Positions 11,701-25,522 of a stretch of DNA of 64,000 nt are shown in pieces (position 1 is the stretch's first letter; each line of letters opens with the position of its first letter). Below the pieces are notes generated by a model. The model did not search any database and was not told where the DNA came from. It saw only the letters and a list, made by a program, of their open reading frames with translations. Position numbers and translations under genes: made by a program. Source of the DNA: Phoronis australis (Eukaryota > Animalia > Phoronida); contig NMRA01000133.1 in NCBI GenBank assembly GCA_002633005.1, positions 834,376-898,375 of the forward strand, read 5' to 3'.

Positions 11701-14700
11701 TGCTCCTATCTCAATATCTTTCAAATTCTTTGGTCGATATTCTTGAAATTTGGCATCTGCATTCACTAAAGCACCGCTGGTATTGGTGTTGATTGGATCT
11801 GACTGTTGTGGCGCCCCTAAGTGGTAAACTGTCATTGTGTTTACCTAATTAATATCTATCAATGAGATCTTCAAGGGCTCTTCTTGCAATTTGACCTTTG
11901 TGTTCCTAGTAAGGAGAGGACAATGGATGTTTATTGTCTGATTGATCTGACCACCATGGAATTCTATTTGATATAAATTCCCCCCCCCCCCTCCCTGCGT
12001 TGCTCTTTTATTAGTTGCCTGTTTTTTTGACAGAAGGTGGGTTCACAGCAGTCTTAACTCATGTTGGAATAAAAGGTTTAAGCCCTAATCCTTTGAAGAT
12101 ATCGACAAAAGTGACGAAAGTCCTTAGGGTCCATTGGCCTTGTAAAATCTTATCTCCTAGTACTACCCAGATCATCTTGAGGTTCATTATTTTCCTGCCC
12201 CTGTTAAGTTTTGAAAATGAAATGTGAGTGCAACCATTATTATTGAAGCACATAAGGCTTTTTCCCAAAACCCAAGAAGCAAAATATTGAGTAGCCAGCC
12301 AGCTAGCGGTATCATCAGCTTTGTATTATCATCAGAGTGTTTACCAAAAACCTGATAAAGACTGTAAAGATTGGAATGTTTTAATCTTCTTATTAGAATT
12401 GAAAATTATGTTTTTATCTAAATTCTAAAAATAAGCTTTGTTACATTAAACATGCTTTTATCTGTCTTAATTTAACTATCCGCAGTTACATAAAATTTAA
12501 TGTTTTTATAGTATGTATAGTAATATACATGACTAGGTGGGTCCAAACTGTTTACCTTCAAAGCAATTTTAAGCCAAATGCTAGCTTTTTTCAATGCAAG
12601 GATTTAGTAGGAGCCTGTGGGCTTAACATTGATTTTGTTATCATGAGCCCTGCTTAATAAATCTGAAGGTCAGCTGACAGGTTATTCATTAAAAGTCATA
12701 TTCAGTTTTTAATTGGGGTGTAAATATTTGATTTCTGACATTCGTCCAGAAATAGCAATCTTTTATTGGAGGTTTTGGTCAATTTTATAATGTCAAGATT
12801 GATGGTTCTATTGAACACTGGCTAATAAACAGAGATGGTACAGATGAAGGGGGGATGCTTGAAATGGGGTCTGAAAATGACATAATTTTTTATGGTAACC
12901 TTGAAGACCAAATTGGCATAATTGGTTCTGGTGTGTTTTTGTTTTTTGAAAGTCGAGTGGATGGCACATTCTTTTTAGCTGGTCACTTTTTCTTGAAGAA
13001 TATTTACCTGAGACTAACAAAAATGATCCGATATGCATGTAACCGAAGCTAGTAATTACTTCCGCCTTGCCGCAAGGTTTGTTGCCACACTGGAATTAGA
13101 AGTGGTGCAAGTTATCCTAGTAGAAGTGTCCTTGAGTAAGTTGTTCTAGGTTAAGTCTATGTGTGGATAGCACTATTTAATGTTTGGTGTTCAGAAAACG
13201 GTTCACTGTAGCTGGTGACATTTAACCCTGGTTGCCTGAAGGTATTATGCGGTAGATAACAGAGTGAGGCACAAAAGAAAAGGAAGTGTCAATGAAGCCC
13301 TTGTTGTTCTTTGTTGGATAGAGGTTTCACTCCACTATTTCTGTGCTTTTGTTCTCTTCCTCCTTGACTGTTTTGACTATTCAAGTTGATTGTAATCTTT
13401 GTTGTCAAGGGACCAAGTGTCTGAACATTGAGAGGAAGATAAATATTGCCTTTATCTGCTATTCAGCTATGGTTGTACAACAGGTGCCAGAGGTCTTGTA
13501 CAGTTTTGGGATTCAGATGCTTCAGTGTCAACTTGTGAATCTGGTACCTCCAGTTAATCTACCTGAGCTAAAGCAGAGCTTCTGGTATCCCTGTTTATTT
13601 GGTGAGTTAATTAATGAAATGGAGTACAGTTTATGAAGTACCCTGTAGTTAGTTACAGCATTCTCTCCCCTTTTCAAGAAGCTTGATGGAATTTCCATGA
13701 ACACCTCAAAGTGAAGGCTGGGGATCAATGTCTTCCCAGTTTTAACTGGAAAAGCTACCTTGCTTAAGTGCCTCCCATTGCTGAATTGCATAGCACTGAT
13801 GTTTTGTGCCAATTAATATTCTAAGATCGGTTAGGCATTGATACTTTGTTCAATCTGATGGTAAACAAACTTATAAAAACTCAGGGGATGTGTTTGGCGT
13901 ATTCACATAACTCGTTTTACAGCAAAGCACTGGTTGAAATAAGTTGACATGTCTTTTCCTAAAGCTTGTGTTTTGTTTAATTTGAAATCTGGAATTGAAT
14001 TCCTCGTGAAAAATTGAGGTACTAGGATATTTTTTACTGGAAGCAATACAATATAAGTTAGCTGAAATAGATGCTTTCAGTTTCATTTCTCTGGTACCAT
14101 TTTGTTCTACATGGTTTTTAGTCACTCTTTGAACTGTTTAAGCAAGTGGTATTTGACATTACACTAGCTTCTGGTGGATTAGAGCTTTTTGACACAGTCC
14201 TGTCATGAGCATGTGATGTGACAGCTGCCAGATATTCATTGGGAAAATGCAGGGAACAAAAATACGAGGTTGAATAATATAGCATACATTTAATGCTGGG
14301 TCTTGGACTGGAAAATCGGTCGCCGTCAATGGGGGAGAAATCTAAAACAACTGGCGAGAAAATGTGTAGAAAGGGCATGAACAACTACAAATTAGCAGAG
14401 ACAGAGACCCCTGTTGTGGTAATCTGGTAGATAATTGGCCTGTGAATGGTGATGCTGAATAAAAAGCGGAAGGATGGCTTTTAACAATGAACTGGATTAA
14501 TGTCGAGATTTAGCCTTGATTTGGAAACGGTTGGGAGATTTTTGTACTGTAAAGGCTTCATAAGGTTTTGTAGATGCCACAAGTACAGTATACACCATAA
14601 AGTGCATTTGTTGATACAGTGTTCAGTTGTCCATACAATGTTTTTGCTGCTTTGGTTAGTTTATTTTCTCTTGGATAGCTTGCTCTTCAGAATGAAGCAG

Positions 14701-14989
14701 TGACCCAAACATAAACAAAAGTTATGACAACACTTAGTAAACTTGAGTTTGCAGACTTTGTGCATGGTTTGTTGGTTTATTTCATATCGTATATTTGAAT
14801 GAATTGGAAAATAAAGCATGGAAAATTAAATCGGCCACACTTCCAGTTTTCTAGGTATCAAATGAGGCGCTGTAGTTTTTGTTTCCAAATGCCATACTGG
14901 GAGTATTTTCCATTTCGATATCCTGCGACACACATAATGTTTTGCTTAGCAATGATTTAGATTTCAGTTAAGCTGCATTTTACCAAGTT

Positions 14990-15262
14990 TTGGTGGCCAG
15001 AAATGAAATCGAATGAAGGATTTTATGCTCATAAAATGGTCTTTTGAAATTCTTTTCCGTTAAGGAATTTCATGTCGGTTACCAACTCAGTCTGAGGTAA
15101 GGAGTACAGGCTCCATTTTACAGATTCGCAGTTTAAGGTTTGCCAACCCCAATAAACTGAAGCATTTTCTTGCGTCACTGCAGCTTTCAATGTTATTTTT
15201 AGTGTTAATCGGAAAGAGATTCTTATCACTGTGAGGTATGTTATGAAACCAATGTGATGAGA
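14990..15262. repeat. Dispersed ~250-bp repeat, second copy at ~21810-22040
   Basis: Shared collinear blocks GAAATGAAA, TTGCCAACCCYAATAAA..CTGAAG..TTTTCTTG and TCACTG...TTATGA. Confidence 0.55.
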
Positions 15263-15512
15263 TTTCAAGATCTACGGTACCGTATTCGCCCTAATAAGTG
15301 CGTAGTGCGCTTAGAAAAGTTCGCTTCAGGAAGGGGGCGCTTATTATAGCCCAAAGTTGTTGAAACCCGGTCTCCGAAATAGGTGAAATCGTAAGCAAGA
15401 ATTCGTCAAATTTACGCTCTGTGACACATCTGTAACCTATGGCAGAGTTTTTACAAAATTGCAGTGCATTGCTATCATAAGTCAGTCAAAGAACACTGGT
15501 TTATAAACACAA

Positions 15513-15759
15513 CGGGGCTTGGAATATTCCTCTTTTAATTAAGAGGTATTTCCTCTAATGGTTTTGATTTCCTCTCATTTCCAGTTTCCTCTTTTTTCGT
15601 CTCTTGATCATTATTTTTTTCTTTTTTAATACGAAAACGATTATTTCAGTCGAATTTAACAATACTAGAGATATTTCTATCACAAGCCTATTTATTTGTG
15701 GAATGATACATCACGTGGAAATTTTTCCTCGTTTTTGTCATTGGTCATTCCAAGCCCTG
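15513..15759. mobile_element. CAGGG-ended MITE, short subfamily (hAT-like), 6-bp TSD
   Basis: TIR CGGGGCTTGGAAT...ATTCCAAGCCCTG. Flanks ACACAA / ACATAA. Confidence 0.85.
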
Positions 15760-18366
15760 ACATAATTAACATAGTATCATGCTAACTAGTTGTAGATAAC
15801 TGCAAATGAGTCACAGATAAGTATTTGGCATGATAATCTATTTGATGACAATGTTGACAAATTTGTAAGTGTTCTCCTAAATGACAATCTCAATGCTTTG
15901 CAGTCGAGAAAAAACAATGTTGTGTAATTTTTAGAATGTTTCCATATCTAACAGGATTCCCTATGCAAAATTGATTAGTTTCATTTATTAATAAAATCTA
16001 CTGGGATACCCATCGTAGGAGTTGCTATGTGATTGCATGATAATCAATTGTTACTCACTTTCAATTTGCTTGCGCTGTCGTACCTTGCTTAGACTAATCT
16101 AAAAATTATTAGTGGAGAACATTTTGTGCTCACTGACCTGGAACGGGTGATAAAACATGCCATAATGATACATCGAGTAATTAACAAGGGCTTGCTTTTT
16201 GACATGCAAGTTTTTATTTCAGTCTGGGCTGTTATTATTGATTCTGGAGAAGTGGCATTTTATGTAAAAAAGTAACAGAATTTCCATTATAAAGTACCTT
16301 ATTTAAGACTAGTAATCTTACATTCTAGACTGTTTGATGTGTTTGATGGATGTTATGAAAATAGCTTTATCGCCATGGAGATGTGTGCCTTATTTCCTTG
16401 AATCCTTACAGGAAGCCTAGTAATGTTTAAATGTCATTGTGACTGTCGTGATACTTATTTGATTTTCTGATGAAGAAGAATTTCTAATTGTAAATATCTA
16501 TAAGCCTACTAAGAGTACAAGACGAATTGATAATGTTTCAAACGTTTCAAAACTAAGCATCCTATTCTTTGCATGCAACATGCTGAAATCATTTTCCTTT
16601 TCTAGAAGTTGAAAAAATGTGACATGCTTAAAGAAAGGAAAATTTTACACGAGATGCTACAGAAATTGACCAAGTGGTCTCAGGTGTGCTTTCTAAGTGG
16701 TAAGCCATATTAAATCTGTCGACCTAATTGATGTAAGCCTGGACTTGTATGTTTTGCCTGTTGCCGTGGAGACACATTATGAAGATTTGTAAATGTTCAT
16801 GTACTAAGTTCTGCATGAAGGTTTACACAGACACCACAAATTAGACTTTTCACCTGAGTTTTTTAGCTGACTTCAATAAATGAATGAATTTAAGCTTGAT
16901 GTTTTAACATGTTGAACTTACATTATAATAGTGATAAGACTCTACTTCATTTTTCACAAAATTTCAAGCTTAAAGCCTGGCTAACTTTAATGGGAATTTG
17001 TTATTTTAGATGTATTAGGCTAACCAGATAGTCAGTCCTATCAAAGCTTTAATGAAATAAGAAAATGAGAGTTCAATCGTGCAAATGTAAGCTTGTCAAA
17101 TGATAAGTGAAGCTGCCTTTTCGCGCCATGTTGCGTCACTGCCAGATCCCAGCACAAAGAACAAAGGTCCGATAACAGTTGTATTGAATAGGGGTCTGAA
17201 CAGAAGGCCATTGCGGGCGGGTGTTATTTGCAGCTGTTTGAATTAAAAAGTGATTCTTGCGGTGACGTAGCCAAAAGTAAGCCAATAGGCCTAACAGTTT
17301 GTTAAATTTGGTAATTTATGGCATTTAAAGTGGACTCAGTGTGATGCTCTTGACATACTGTAGGAACTAAATTTACAGGAAGGTGTTGCTGTTCAAGGCT
17401 TTATATTGTAGATCAATAAATTTGGGTACCTGATGTCGGTAGCCTAAAATTTTAAACAATATCTAAGAAGCTGTCTGTCTGCTACTTACAAGCTAGTGCA
17501 AGTTGTCCCACTTGTGACAACTTACTCCATCTTATCAATGTAGGGTAACTCGGGCCTGTGTGGTTACAAGCCTAGGGCAAGGCAGAAATAATGATTGGCT
17601 GTGTGTTTGCACAGTTATATACATAAGTTTTTTGTGTCAGCTGTTCGTAGTGTTGTGTGTTTTTATAAAAAGTTCCCTAATTATTGTTCTGTGTTACTTA
17701 TTTACATCATGAAATCAAGATAAGTTTAATATTTGTTGAAAATTCATTTATTAAATAAAGGCCCTCTCCCATACAGCTCACTAACTATCGAAGCTTTGAT
17801 GTTAAAAGTGGTTACCTGCGAAGTGAAGTGTCACCATTCCCAACACCTTCAGAGTTATTCAGACAACTAATTCTGTGGAGATAGGGCAAGGGGACTGAGT
17901 ATCAGCTGATCTGAACAAAGGTAGTATGTCGGGACCTTGTTTTGCAGCCGTTCAGTGTATTTTTTGTAATGTAAAGAATCCAGCAAATCCATGGATCAAT
18001 TGAAACAGCATGGTTACACTACCAAAATAATGAATATTAGAACAAAATATTAGCAAATGTTAACCAGTCACTGCCCACTGTTGGCAAACACAGTGACCCC
18101 TGCCGATAACTTTAGCTGTGGCGTCACTGTTAAGCATTCCCATTGTAGCAAAGCGTTCGCTGTTAAATCCACCTCTTTTCTCCGGAGTAAACTAAGCACT
18201 GTTAACTTTGATCCAAGATCGAACTTTTGTGTTCCCATTGACCGAAATTTCAATTTACTTGCAATGCAACATGCCTTTGGCAATGTGTTGAAATTGTGTC
18301 TGTCCAGTTATCTTTACTGGATTCATGTGATATATCTCACTTGGTATTCAAGAAAAAAGCTAGATC

Positions 18367-18603
18367 CAGGGATTGGAATTTTCCTCTTTTTAGAGGATTT
18401 TCTCTTCTTTGGCTTCGATTTCCTCTTACTTGATTTCTAGTGCCCTCATTTTGTCTCTTTTATCATCATTTTGACTTAACTCATGCGAAAATGTTTACTT
18501 AAGTTAAATTTTACAGCACAAAAATATTATTATATTTAATTTTGGAATGATACTTCACGTGGAAAATTTTCCTGTTTTTTGTCAGTGGTCATTCTAAGGC
18601 CGG
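18367..18603. mobile_element. CAGGG-ended MITE, short subfamily (hAT-like), 6-bp TSD
   Basis: TIR CAGGGATTGGAAT...ATTCTAAGGCCGG. Perfect flanking TAGATC / TAGATC. Collinear with 15513-15759. Confidence 0.85.
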
Positions 18604-19879
18604 TAGATCTCCAAACCGATGGGGTCTGTGGCTGATCTCTTGTTAAACCAAGTTTACTTGATGACATCATAATGGTCACTCAGAATCACTGACCAACTTG
18701 TTTTGACCACTTCACTTTATTGTTGACTTTGCTGTGGGGATAAGCCTGCACTGAACTTCATTACTCAATGTGTGCAGTTTACATTAATAATTTGCTCACC
18801 TTAGAAACCTTTAACCCTATCCACTCACAATATTTGATCAGTTGGAGGACGACATTTCTAATAGCATTTTGAGAGCTTCAATTGGAAAATTCAAGTTCAA
18901 ACTACTTTCTGGCTGTTACACAACTTGAACGATGAGTTCTCTTGATGGAGGTGTACTTGAAGTTGGAAGTAAATCTCAATTTTAAAGGAGTTCTCATGGA
19001 GCAAAGCTGTAACTGTGATTACCGTGCGGAAAGGAATTGAATACTAATGAAAGCAGCTATTACTGTTTCGTCACAAAAACCAACTTGATTTTGACCACTT
19101 ATCGTTGTTCTCAATTTGTTCTGAAGCAAAATTAGAGATTTCATGGCTTTGAAAGAAGTGAAAAACTGTGTTCTTCACTTGTTCGCTGTTCCTTAAGACC
19201 TGTTGGCTTGTCGGAGGGTCAGTTTTTGAGCCAAGCATGATCTGAATAACATGCAAACTCAGAAATCACTTCTCCCGTAAGTAATTAACCACAAGCTAAG
19301 ACCAATTTTTATAGTGGTAAGTTGTCTAAATCAAAAGTTTGCTTTGTGGACGGAACACGAGTTTATAGCGCTCTGCAACATTACAGTTTTCTTGTGCAGG
19401 AAGCTGTCTCTAGATGAGGAGCGGACAGTTTTTGGTACGTGAGCAGTTTTTTTGGTGATACTTAAGGATATTTTTGCATGCTCCTAACTTTGCTAATGTA
19501 TAGCTGGAACTAAATGGCAATGCTATTTGAACATCTTCTATGCTAAACAAAATAATATAGTTGTATTCACTGACAGCTTGTAAATTAGAAAACAAAAAAC
19601 TGCATATAGGTGACCTTTGCACTAATGACGTACCTTGGGGGTTCATATAGCCCGCATTATGTAGTGAAATTCCCTAGCACCACCTCACGATACTTAATGG
19701 AAACGATTGGGTGATGTAGTGCAAGTCATTTTCGACACAAAACTTGTTCTTAAAAACGTTTGGCAATTTTCTGTTTCTGTTGACAAAGGATGATATTATA
19801 TCCGAAAATTTCAGTTGATCCGTTCTTGTTGTTTTATTTACCTTTATATATTCTGCAATTTTCAATGTATTTCATATTC

Positions 19880-19962
19880 TCATTGTCGCTACATGTTGTG
19901 TTTCTATCAAGTTTGACCAAGCATTACAGAGATAAGGAACTAGCATGCATGTTCCACTTTAA
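19880..19962. repeat. Dispersed repeat end, inverted copy of ~4945-5026
   Basis: GTCGCTACATGTTGTGTTTCTA...TTCCACTTTAA is the reverse complement of TTAAAGTGGAA...TAGAAACACAACATATAGCGAC. The TTAA-AG terminus suggests a TTAA-targeting DNA transposon. Confidence 0.6.
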
Positions 19963-20668
19963 AAAGCCTTCTTCTGTGTAACTGTTGGAAACTTATTTTT
20001 TAGTGACGTAATTTAGGCAGGATAATTTAATACAAAGTGTGATTTTTCGTCACTTTAACATCACAGTTTTCTTTTGCAGGAAGCTGTCACTTGATGTGAG
20101 CTGACAGTTTTCAGTCAATTTTGTTTGGTGATATTTAAAAGACCTTTTGTGAAAACTGTTACAAGCTGTTATTTTTTAGTGATCCAATTCAAGCAGGATA
20201 TTTCAATACAAAGAGTGATCTCTTGTCTTCTGGTAGAACCGTGTTATTGTAGTTCTTCTGCTTACCGTAAATGAGGTGAGGACTCCTCACTTGTTATGGT
20301 AATGTAAATAGGCTGCTGTGAAGGCTGTGCTAACCCTACTTATTGTTAATCATGTGATGAAGAAAACTTAATTTCCCGTTTGTTCCAACAACGGATATTA
20401 CAAATGGGGATTTCGTGGTAAACAATGCATTGACTTTCTTTTTTGCAGTCTTTGGGAATTAATCACCAGTGACAGCTGCAATAGCCATGTTCTCACTACA
20501 GTAGACAAACATGTGGCTGTCCCATGTTTGAAATGGTTCAATGCTCCGATGTTAAGAAATTTATAGAAATGTTAGAAAACCCTGATTTTTTCTACTTTTC
20601 ATGATGATTAATGGAGATTGTCTGAGTTGCATTATTTTTGTTGTTAGTGGCATGCTGAGCAATTGAAA

Positions 20669-20841
20669 ATAGCGTATACACTATAGTGTGTACGCTATAG
20701 TGTGTACGCTGTAGTGTGTACGCTGTAGTGTGTACGCTGTAGTGTGTACGCTGTAGTGTGAACGCTGTAGTGTGTACGCTGTAGTGTGTACGCTGTAGTG
20801 TGTACGCTATAGTTCGTACGCTATAGTGTGTACGCTGTAGT
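20669..20841. repeat. 14-bp tandem array (TAGTGTGTACGCTG) x~11, starting with an inverted unit
   Basis: Directly visible. 20669-20698 is a near-perfect palindrome. Confidence 0.95.
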
Positions 20842-22489
20842 TGTTTTTTTTTGTGAATTCAATGGAAAGGACAAGTAGGATGCAAGAACATGACGCGTAA
20901 TTCACTGGTAATTCGCTTGCGTCCCTTTGTGTTGATTTCTGGCCCAAAATGTTTTGTAAGCTGTGTCTACTCATCGTGGTCCGGGGTGTTTGGAAGTGTA
21001 ATAAGACACTGGCATCTAAAAGTAATGTGTTCTTATTGTGTGATGCGAGAATATAAAAAGCACTAGAATCTCTATGGAGAAAACAAAATAGAGTGACCTG
21101 TCATGAATCATTTATGACTTAATGTACCATTGGCACTTTAAAAATAAGCTTCCCTGTAAGAAGAGAATCTGGCATTAGATACGTTCGTTTCTTTCTATAT
21201 GGAGAGACTCAATAACAAGAGTAGATCACTTGAGGAGTGTTCTTGAGCTGTTGCCATGTGTCATAAGGTGGACAAACATATGACTTAACTTTTCATTTGA
21301 AGTGTTGTAAAATTAAAATTTCAATTAAAGTCATATTGTATTAGGAGCATCAGCTGCACCTAACTAAATAATGTAAAAGCCCACGTGCCATGATTGCCTT
21401 TTGACAGCTGTGCGTATTTCCTATGTAATGTTAATTGCCATGGCAACAACACAAACAAAATCTGTTGAAATTGATTTATGATGCCGTACTTTCTTACCTT
21501 TGATTGACGTTCTAGTTTATAGTGAATTGCTTTTTTAAATTGATGGCTTTTTTGTGTGTAATTTCTAATATACGTGCATTAAGGAATTGGAAATTTGATA
21601 GTAACATGGCTAAAAAGTAAAATTAGTTTTTCGTCACGTCGCGCGACCTGCCATTATGTACTCGATTACAGCCTGTTATGAAATCTAATTTTTTCAATTC
21701 TATAAATGAAATAACTTTTTTAAAACAAAGCAACTAAGTGGGACAAAGTACGCTAAACAAAAATATTGGGATGAACTAATTGTTAGAACTGCTTTTCACA
21801 TTGTTTAGATGGCTGAAAATGAAACCCGCTTTTATTCTCATGAAAAATAGTCTTATCGTTACTAAATTAAGTCACAGGCAATATGAACATGGTCACTTTC
21901 GAATTCACAATTTTAGAGTTGGCCAACCCTAATAAAGTCTGAAGTGTTTTCTTGGGTTGTTGATGTTTTGATGTTCTTGATGGTAATGGAAGTAGAATCC
22001 TCTCACTGGAGCGGATATTATGAGACTGATTTTATGAGTGTAATTGTAAAGGCCTAATTTTATTTTAAATTTGTTTTTAGTCATCTAAACAGGGTTCCAC
22101 ACAGCATTAATTACATGTACATGTACACCAAATGACCAAATTCTCATTAATCTATGCCGGACACCCTTTATTGATATCTTCTTAAATGAAGATTGTGGTA
22201 TTTGTATTTCAGTATCTAACATGTTTTTTGATGAAAAAACTACTAAGTGGTTGGTTTTGTTGATAAATCTTTTTTGCAGGACTTTTTGCTTCATCATGTC
22301 TTATCAACTCTGTGCATTGTTTGGTGTACCTTTTAGCTGATGTAGCCTTTAACACTTGAAAAAATAGAAAAATTGTTTTTGTTCGAAGTTAAAGCAACCT
22401 TAAACTCATGCTTTCCGTCTAAAAACACTTAGCATGAAATCGGTCACTTCCTTAGTCAAATTGTAGGTGATTTCAGGGTTATATGGTAG

Positions 22490-22917
22490 TAGTCCGAAGG
22501 TGCACTTGTCCAAAGGTTCTTTAGTCGGAAGGTGCACTAGTCCAAAAATATATAAGGTTTTGGACTCTGGTCTATTTTGTATTTTTCATATTTTCCTACA
22601 TGCAGTAAGGCAATACTTCAGTTTTTAGTCAGAGTAGTGCAGGCCTACCTACTGAAAACAACTGCCCACCGGTTACGAAAACGGGCCTCTTGAGTGTATG
22701 AAGTTGGACTTCAAAGCATGCCTTCAGTGGTTATGGCCCTGAAAACCAATCTGATTCAAGTGCAGCACTACACTTGCTACAGTGAGTTTCGTGGAATGCT
22801 AGCAAACGTTGCATTTTAATCCTTTAAGACTCGGTTCCACCTTATTAGTGAGTAGACCTTCGGACTAGTGCACCTTCGGACTAGTGCACCTTCGGACTAT
22901 CGTGTGCCTTCGGACTA
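22490..22917. mobile_element. MITE with inverted terminal arrays of 16-bp AGTCCGAAGGTGCACT units
   Basis: AGTCCGAAGGTGCACT-type units at 22491-22545. Reverse-complement AGTGCACCTTCGGACT units at 22855-22917. Confidence 0.7.
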
Positions 22918-25522
22918 ATGAGCTTCTCTCCATCTCAAGACCAAGCTCATTTAAGTTTAGATTGAAGAAATAATGAACTGTCAGTTCCTCCCAAGCCCAA
23001 AGGACACCTCTAAACTGCGCAACAAACATAGACCAATATGTTAAGTGCAAGAGGCCACAGTCAGACATAAAGCTTGGATGTAATGCCACTTTAAGAATCC
23101 CCTAATCCATGTCGTGAAGGTGCCGTTTGAAAAACATTTGTCTGTGTACAATTATAGGGCCTTCACTATCGTTATATCTGAACAGGTTTCGTTTTTTCTT
23201 TCAAGTCCTAAACAAAAGGATTGTCTGGCTTGTTGAGGCGTATCGTATCGAGTGTTGAAAATGGAAGAGTTAAATATGACGTGTGGATGTGGGCCAGGAG
23301 CTGCCTTTCAAATATGGTGGAGCTATAAAGGTATAGTGCAGTCTCCACAATTTTGGTCACAGTTGGGCGTAAATTGTTTTATAAAAGATTAGTGACATCA
23401 AATATATGGTTCATCCAGTTTATGTGCTATACTACAGCTACTACCAGACAATATTTTGTAGCCACTCATAACCTTGTTGGGAACATTTTAAAGATGAAAA
23501 GTCAATTTTCGCTATTATCTTTGTCTCAGAAATTGGTGAGAATTTCAGTAAGTGATACCTGTAATAATACCTGTCACGGACAGGATCATTGGGGATATGC
23601 TGGTGCATTAATCCCCTCTCCAGACCATCCCCGTGACAGCAGAAGGCGCAGAACTCCAGGGTAAGTGAAGACTGTCTAACTGCAGTTCAGATGAAGGGGT
23701 GCTTGTAGTTATACTGCCAAGTTCTTTCCATCCTGAAGGTTGTTTCCCTTCCTAATATCTAACTAAATTCTGATTGAGATCTCTTACACCTGTGCTGCTA
23801 GAACACTGTTCTCAACTTCTTCACCATGAGATTTAAAGTTGTTTATGAGATTTAGAAAAAGTGACAGTTTGTTATTGCTTGAGATGGAGCTCCATTCCTA
23901 AACAGACCTGCTTTGTCTATGACTCAGCTAATGGTCTCATGCAATAATGAACTTTCAGTTCCTCCCAAGTCCCCATCCGGTTCCTCCCAAGCCCCATTTC
24001 AATGCCTCCCAAGCACCCATTGAGTTCCTCACTGAGAAGCCCCCTTCCAGTTCCTCCGAAGCCCCGGCAATCAGTTCCTCCCAAGCCCCCTTTCAAGTTC
24101 TCCCAAGCCCCCATTTCTAATATGAGCAGTGACGAAGTTAGTCTTCAATTTGAGAGGATATTTGAACTTTCCGAAAAAAGCAGCATTTTCATAAATCTGA
24201 TTTATGAAAAACGTGCTTTCCTTACTGCAAGGGCGTTTCTATGAGTTTATGTACCACTAAGTGACCAGCTACTTTCATATATTTCACTCCGGCCAAATGT
24301 TTTACCTGATCTACTGCATGGCTCAGAGTATTGTTGGTCTGCTGTAATTTTAGTTTTGTTTTTTGGTTCCACAGCTAGCTGGCTTCATGAACAGTGCACA
24401 TTATAATAAAACCTTTTACTGTTTACTGGAACAAAACAAGTTTTAAACCTTGGGTGTTACCTCATTGTTGATATTCCAAATGTCACTGATTGCTTAACAA
24501 TAGAATGTGTAGTGTAATTTTAACTACACATTTATCTAACATGCATAATACATGCTGAGAGGGATGGTCAAACACATGGCTTTGTGTTTGCAAGCCAGGC
24601 ATTCTAAAGTCCTTTTCAGAATGCTTACTACAGCAGAAAATGCATTAGTAAAATAGAAGAATTTATCAGTTAGTTACCAAAAGCCCAGTGGACAATATGA
24701 ATTGTAAAAGAGTTGTCACTATTGTTACTGTAGCAACATTGCACAAGATGTCACTTTTGTTGGTGATCTGACAGACGTGCCACCAAGCACTTTTGATGAT
24801 GTTATTGTGATTGATGGTAGAAGATAATATTCCATGCTATGTAAACTAGAAATGGTAGGCTTTGGTAATGCTGTCCCTATAAATTTGGTTGTTGTTTACT
24901 GCGATGGAATGTGATTATGTCTTGGCACTGCATCTCTGTGCCAGTCGCATAAGTTGCTGTGGTTCCTTATTTTAAAGCAAAACGAATTTCCTTCAGCAGT
25001 AAAGATATCACATTAACTCACCTTTGCAGGAATTTGTAGTCTACCCTGAAAAATCTTATCATACATTGCTGTTAAGGGCTAAATTGGTTGATGTTTAATC
25101 ATGGAATCATTTGGGAATTCTCAAAAATGATTAAAACATGAGAGGTGCCCTTTATCTTCTTCCAAATCAAACACAGGTGATCACTGTTTCTCATGAATAA
25201 CAATTATAAGTGTCTGTGCTGTGCACTGGTTGCCATGGGTAACTTGACTGTTGTTGCAATTAGCTAGCAAAAATTAACCATGGTAAAATCAAGTTCATAC
25301 TTTAGAAATTATGTACTTTTGTCAATAAGTTACACTCATTACAATGTAAATCAATTATTACTAAAATTTTGGAAATTAGACTTTAAAAACAACTATCTAG
25401 TTGTTTTAAGTAAACAGGAAGATTTCACCTATTTCTGATGTAAATGCAAATCTGGGTGTCTTTGGTCTAACAACTTTTAAGTAGTTCAAAACGAAGTTAA
25501 AGGAATTGGTATAATGACTGAA

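Noticed and set aside
19375-20225. Repeated CAGTTTTCTT.TGCAGGAAGCTGTC blocks as duplicated exons
   Set aside because: They contain acceptor-like text but no consistent open frame or donor; they look like sub-repeats of a decayed element.
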